Shown here: positions 62,453 to 64,000 of the stretch, piece after piece
How the letters are laid out: the number at the start of each line of letters is the position of its first letter
Numbering within the stretch: the first letter of the stretch is position 1
Assembly (NCBI GenBank): GCA_964016885.1
Contig: OZ024741.1
Coordinates: forward strand, 275,714,001 to 275,778,000
Reading direction: 5' to 3'
Source of the DNA: Eledone cirrhosa
Lineage: Eukaryota
DNA: 64,000 bases
Position numbers and translations under genes: made by a program
Notes under the pieces: model-generated
Seen by the model: the letters and a program-made list of their open reading frames with translations, nothing else
Told to the model about the DNA's origin: nothing
The model's database searches: none

Positions 62453-64000
62453 CTGGCGGACCGTTTTACCGAACACCTCCAGGATATTCGTCTCGGCGGT
62501 ATTTTCCCCAATGCCCGCCACTTTGGCTCTCCTGGACATTCCGCGCACCACCTCAGTCTGTGGCCTACTCCAATGCCACGGAACACACGCCACCCTCCTC
62601 AGGGTCGAACAATGCATCATTTTCACCCTACAGACCCACACTCCCCCCGGCCTGAACTCCCCAGCCCTATTCCTTTAGCCTTCGACCGCCCTGTTCCCCC
62701 CACACATATCCCCCACTAACACCACTAACACATTCTTCCTTTTCACTGCCCACCCCACAACTAACAATATTAACACCCCACCCCCGACCACCCTTCCCCA
62801 ACTAACAATACTAACATCTTTTTCCCCCTTCCCCTCCCTCTATCACGCACACACCCACCGGTACATATATACACTAACCACACACCCTACTACCACCACC
62901 ACTAACCCTCACCCACACATCCACTCCCACCACCCCACAACTAATATCACTAACATCTCCCCCGACCCCACGCACACGAACATACACACCCACTTACAAG
63001 CCCTACCACCACTGACCCCCACTAACACACCCACATTCAACCCTTTCCCCACCACCAGTATACTAACACCCCCCTTCACCACACACACACTCATCCAAAC
63101 ACGCACACACACACCAGTACACTACACTCCCCCCCCTACACACATACCACTAACACCTCTACTAATACACACACCCTCCACCCGCACGACCCCTCCCCCT
63201 TTCACACCTACCCATCCTCTCCCCTGTCCACCGCACCTCCGCACACAATGACACACCTGACTTTCTCCACCTGCCATTCTGTTCTACTGCTGCTATGCCC
63301 TGACCCTCTGACCACCTCTCCGCACATACAGACACACACAGCCCTCTCCACCTGTCCTTCTCTACACTCCTCCTGCCTTGACCCTCTGACCACTTCCTGT
63401 TGCGCGCGCACCACACATCTCCCCTCTTCCGACCAACCCAACCACGGATTACACACATTGGACATCGCTCCCACGAATCAACTCCATCACAAGGAAAATA
63501 TCTGGCAACTCACCACACCCTCTACAGAACTACCTTAGGAACTTACCCACCGACATACACTCACAAAAAAAAAAAATTTCCCACACGTCACCTACATCCA
63601 CAATACGTATAAACACCACACACACGTGCGTACCCCCACATATTTACACACTCAGCCTCCGGAATCCTCTCACCCCCTCCCCATCCACACCGACCTACAC
63701 CCCACCCCACATACACACCTTTTCCTGAACATGGAACCTCGTTCTTCCCCCAACTCTCACATTCACATACACACACACGTACACCTACACACACACACCA
63801 CCTTCAGCCCTCCCCGCTCGGACCCCCCCCCCGGCCACCACCCCTACACGCCCCACACCCTTCCACCACTTGTTTATCTTCATTTTTATTTTTATTATTT
63901 TTTAATATTTATTTTCATTTGTACCCCTTCCACCGTTTCCTCTCCCCCACTCCCCTACACACCCTTGGAACTCTCTTCCCACACACTTTTCGCCTGAAGA
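62453..64000 (+). mobile_element. Penelope-like retroelement 3' part: GIY-YIG C-terminal remnant plus long C-rich tail
   Basis: LADRFTEHLQDI...ARHF...H and EQCIIFTLQTHTPPGLN (frameshifted); starts at (TA)n; the window ends at CTGAAGA. Confidence 0.75.

Overview
AT-rich, microsatellite- and SINE-dense animal genomic DNA. The repeat content suggests an octopus or other coleoid cephalopod (inference). Nearly the whole window is one minus-strand gene, an SFI1 (centrin-binding centriole protein) orthologue. I reconstructed 29 coding exons by hand between 60172 and 2235, all GT-AG and phase-consistent, giving about 1,489 aa plus stop. The 5' start was not found. One intron is U12-type (minor spliceosome). 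The last exon has been remodelled by a 73-bp tandem amplification, and the C-terminal third carries long low-complexity inserts. The introns hold RTE and CR1-like LINEs, Penelope-like fragments with hammerhead-like cores, Helitrons, a Tc1 relic, piggyBac/hAT/TcMar MITEs, a solo LTR, tRNA-derived SINEs and many minisatellites. There is also a 1.44-kb foldback element with a 4-bp TSD and several short near-perfect hairpins. Most ORFs in the supplied track are repeat artefacts. Family assignments rest on recalled motifs and were not checked by database search.
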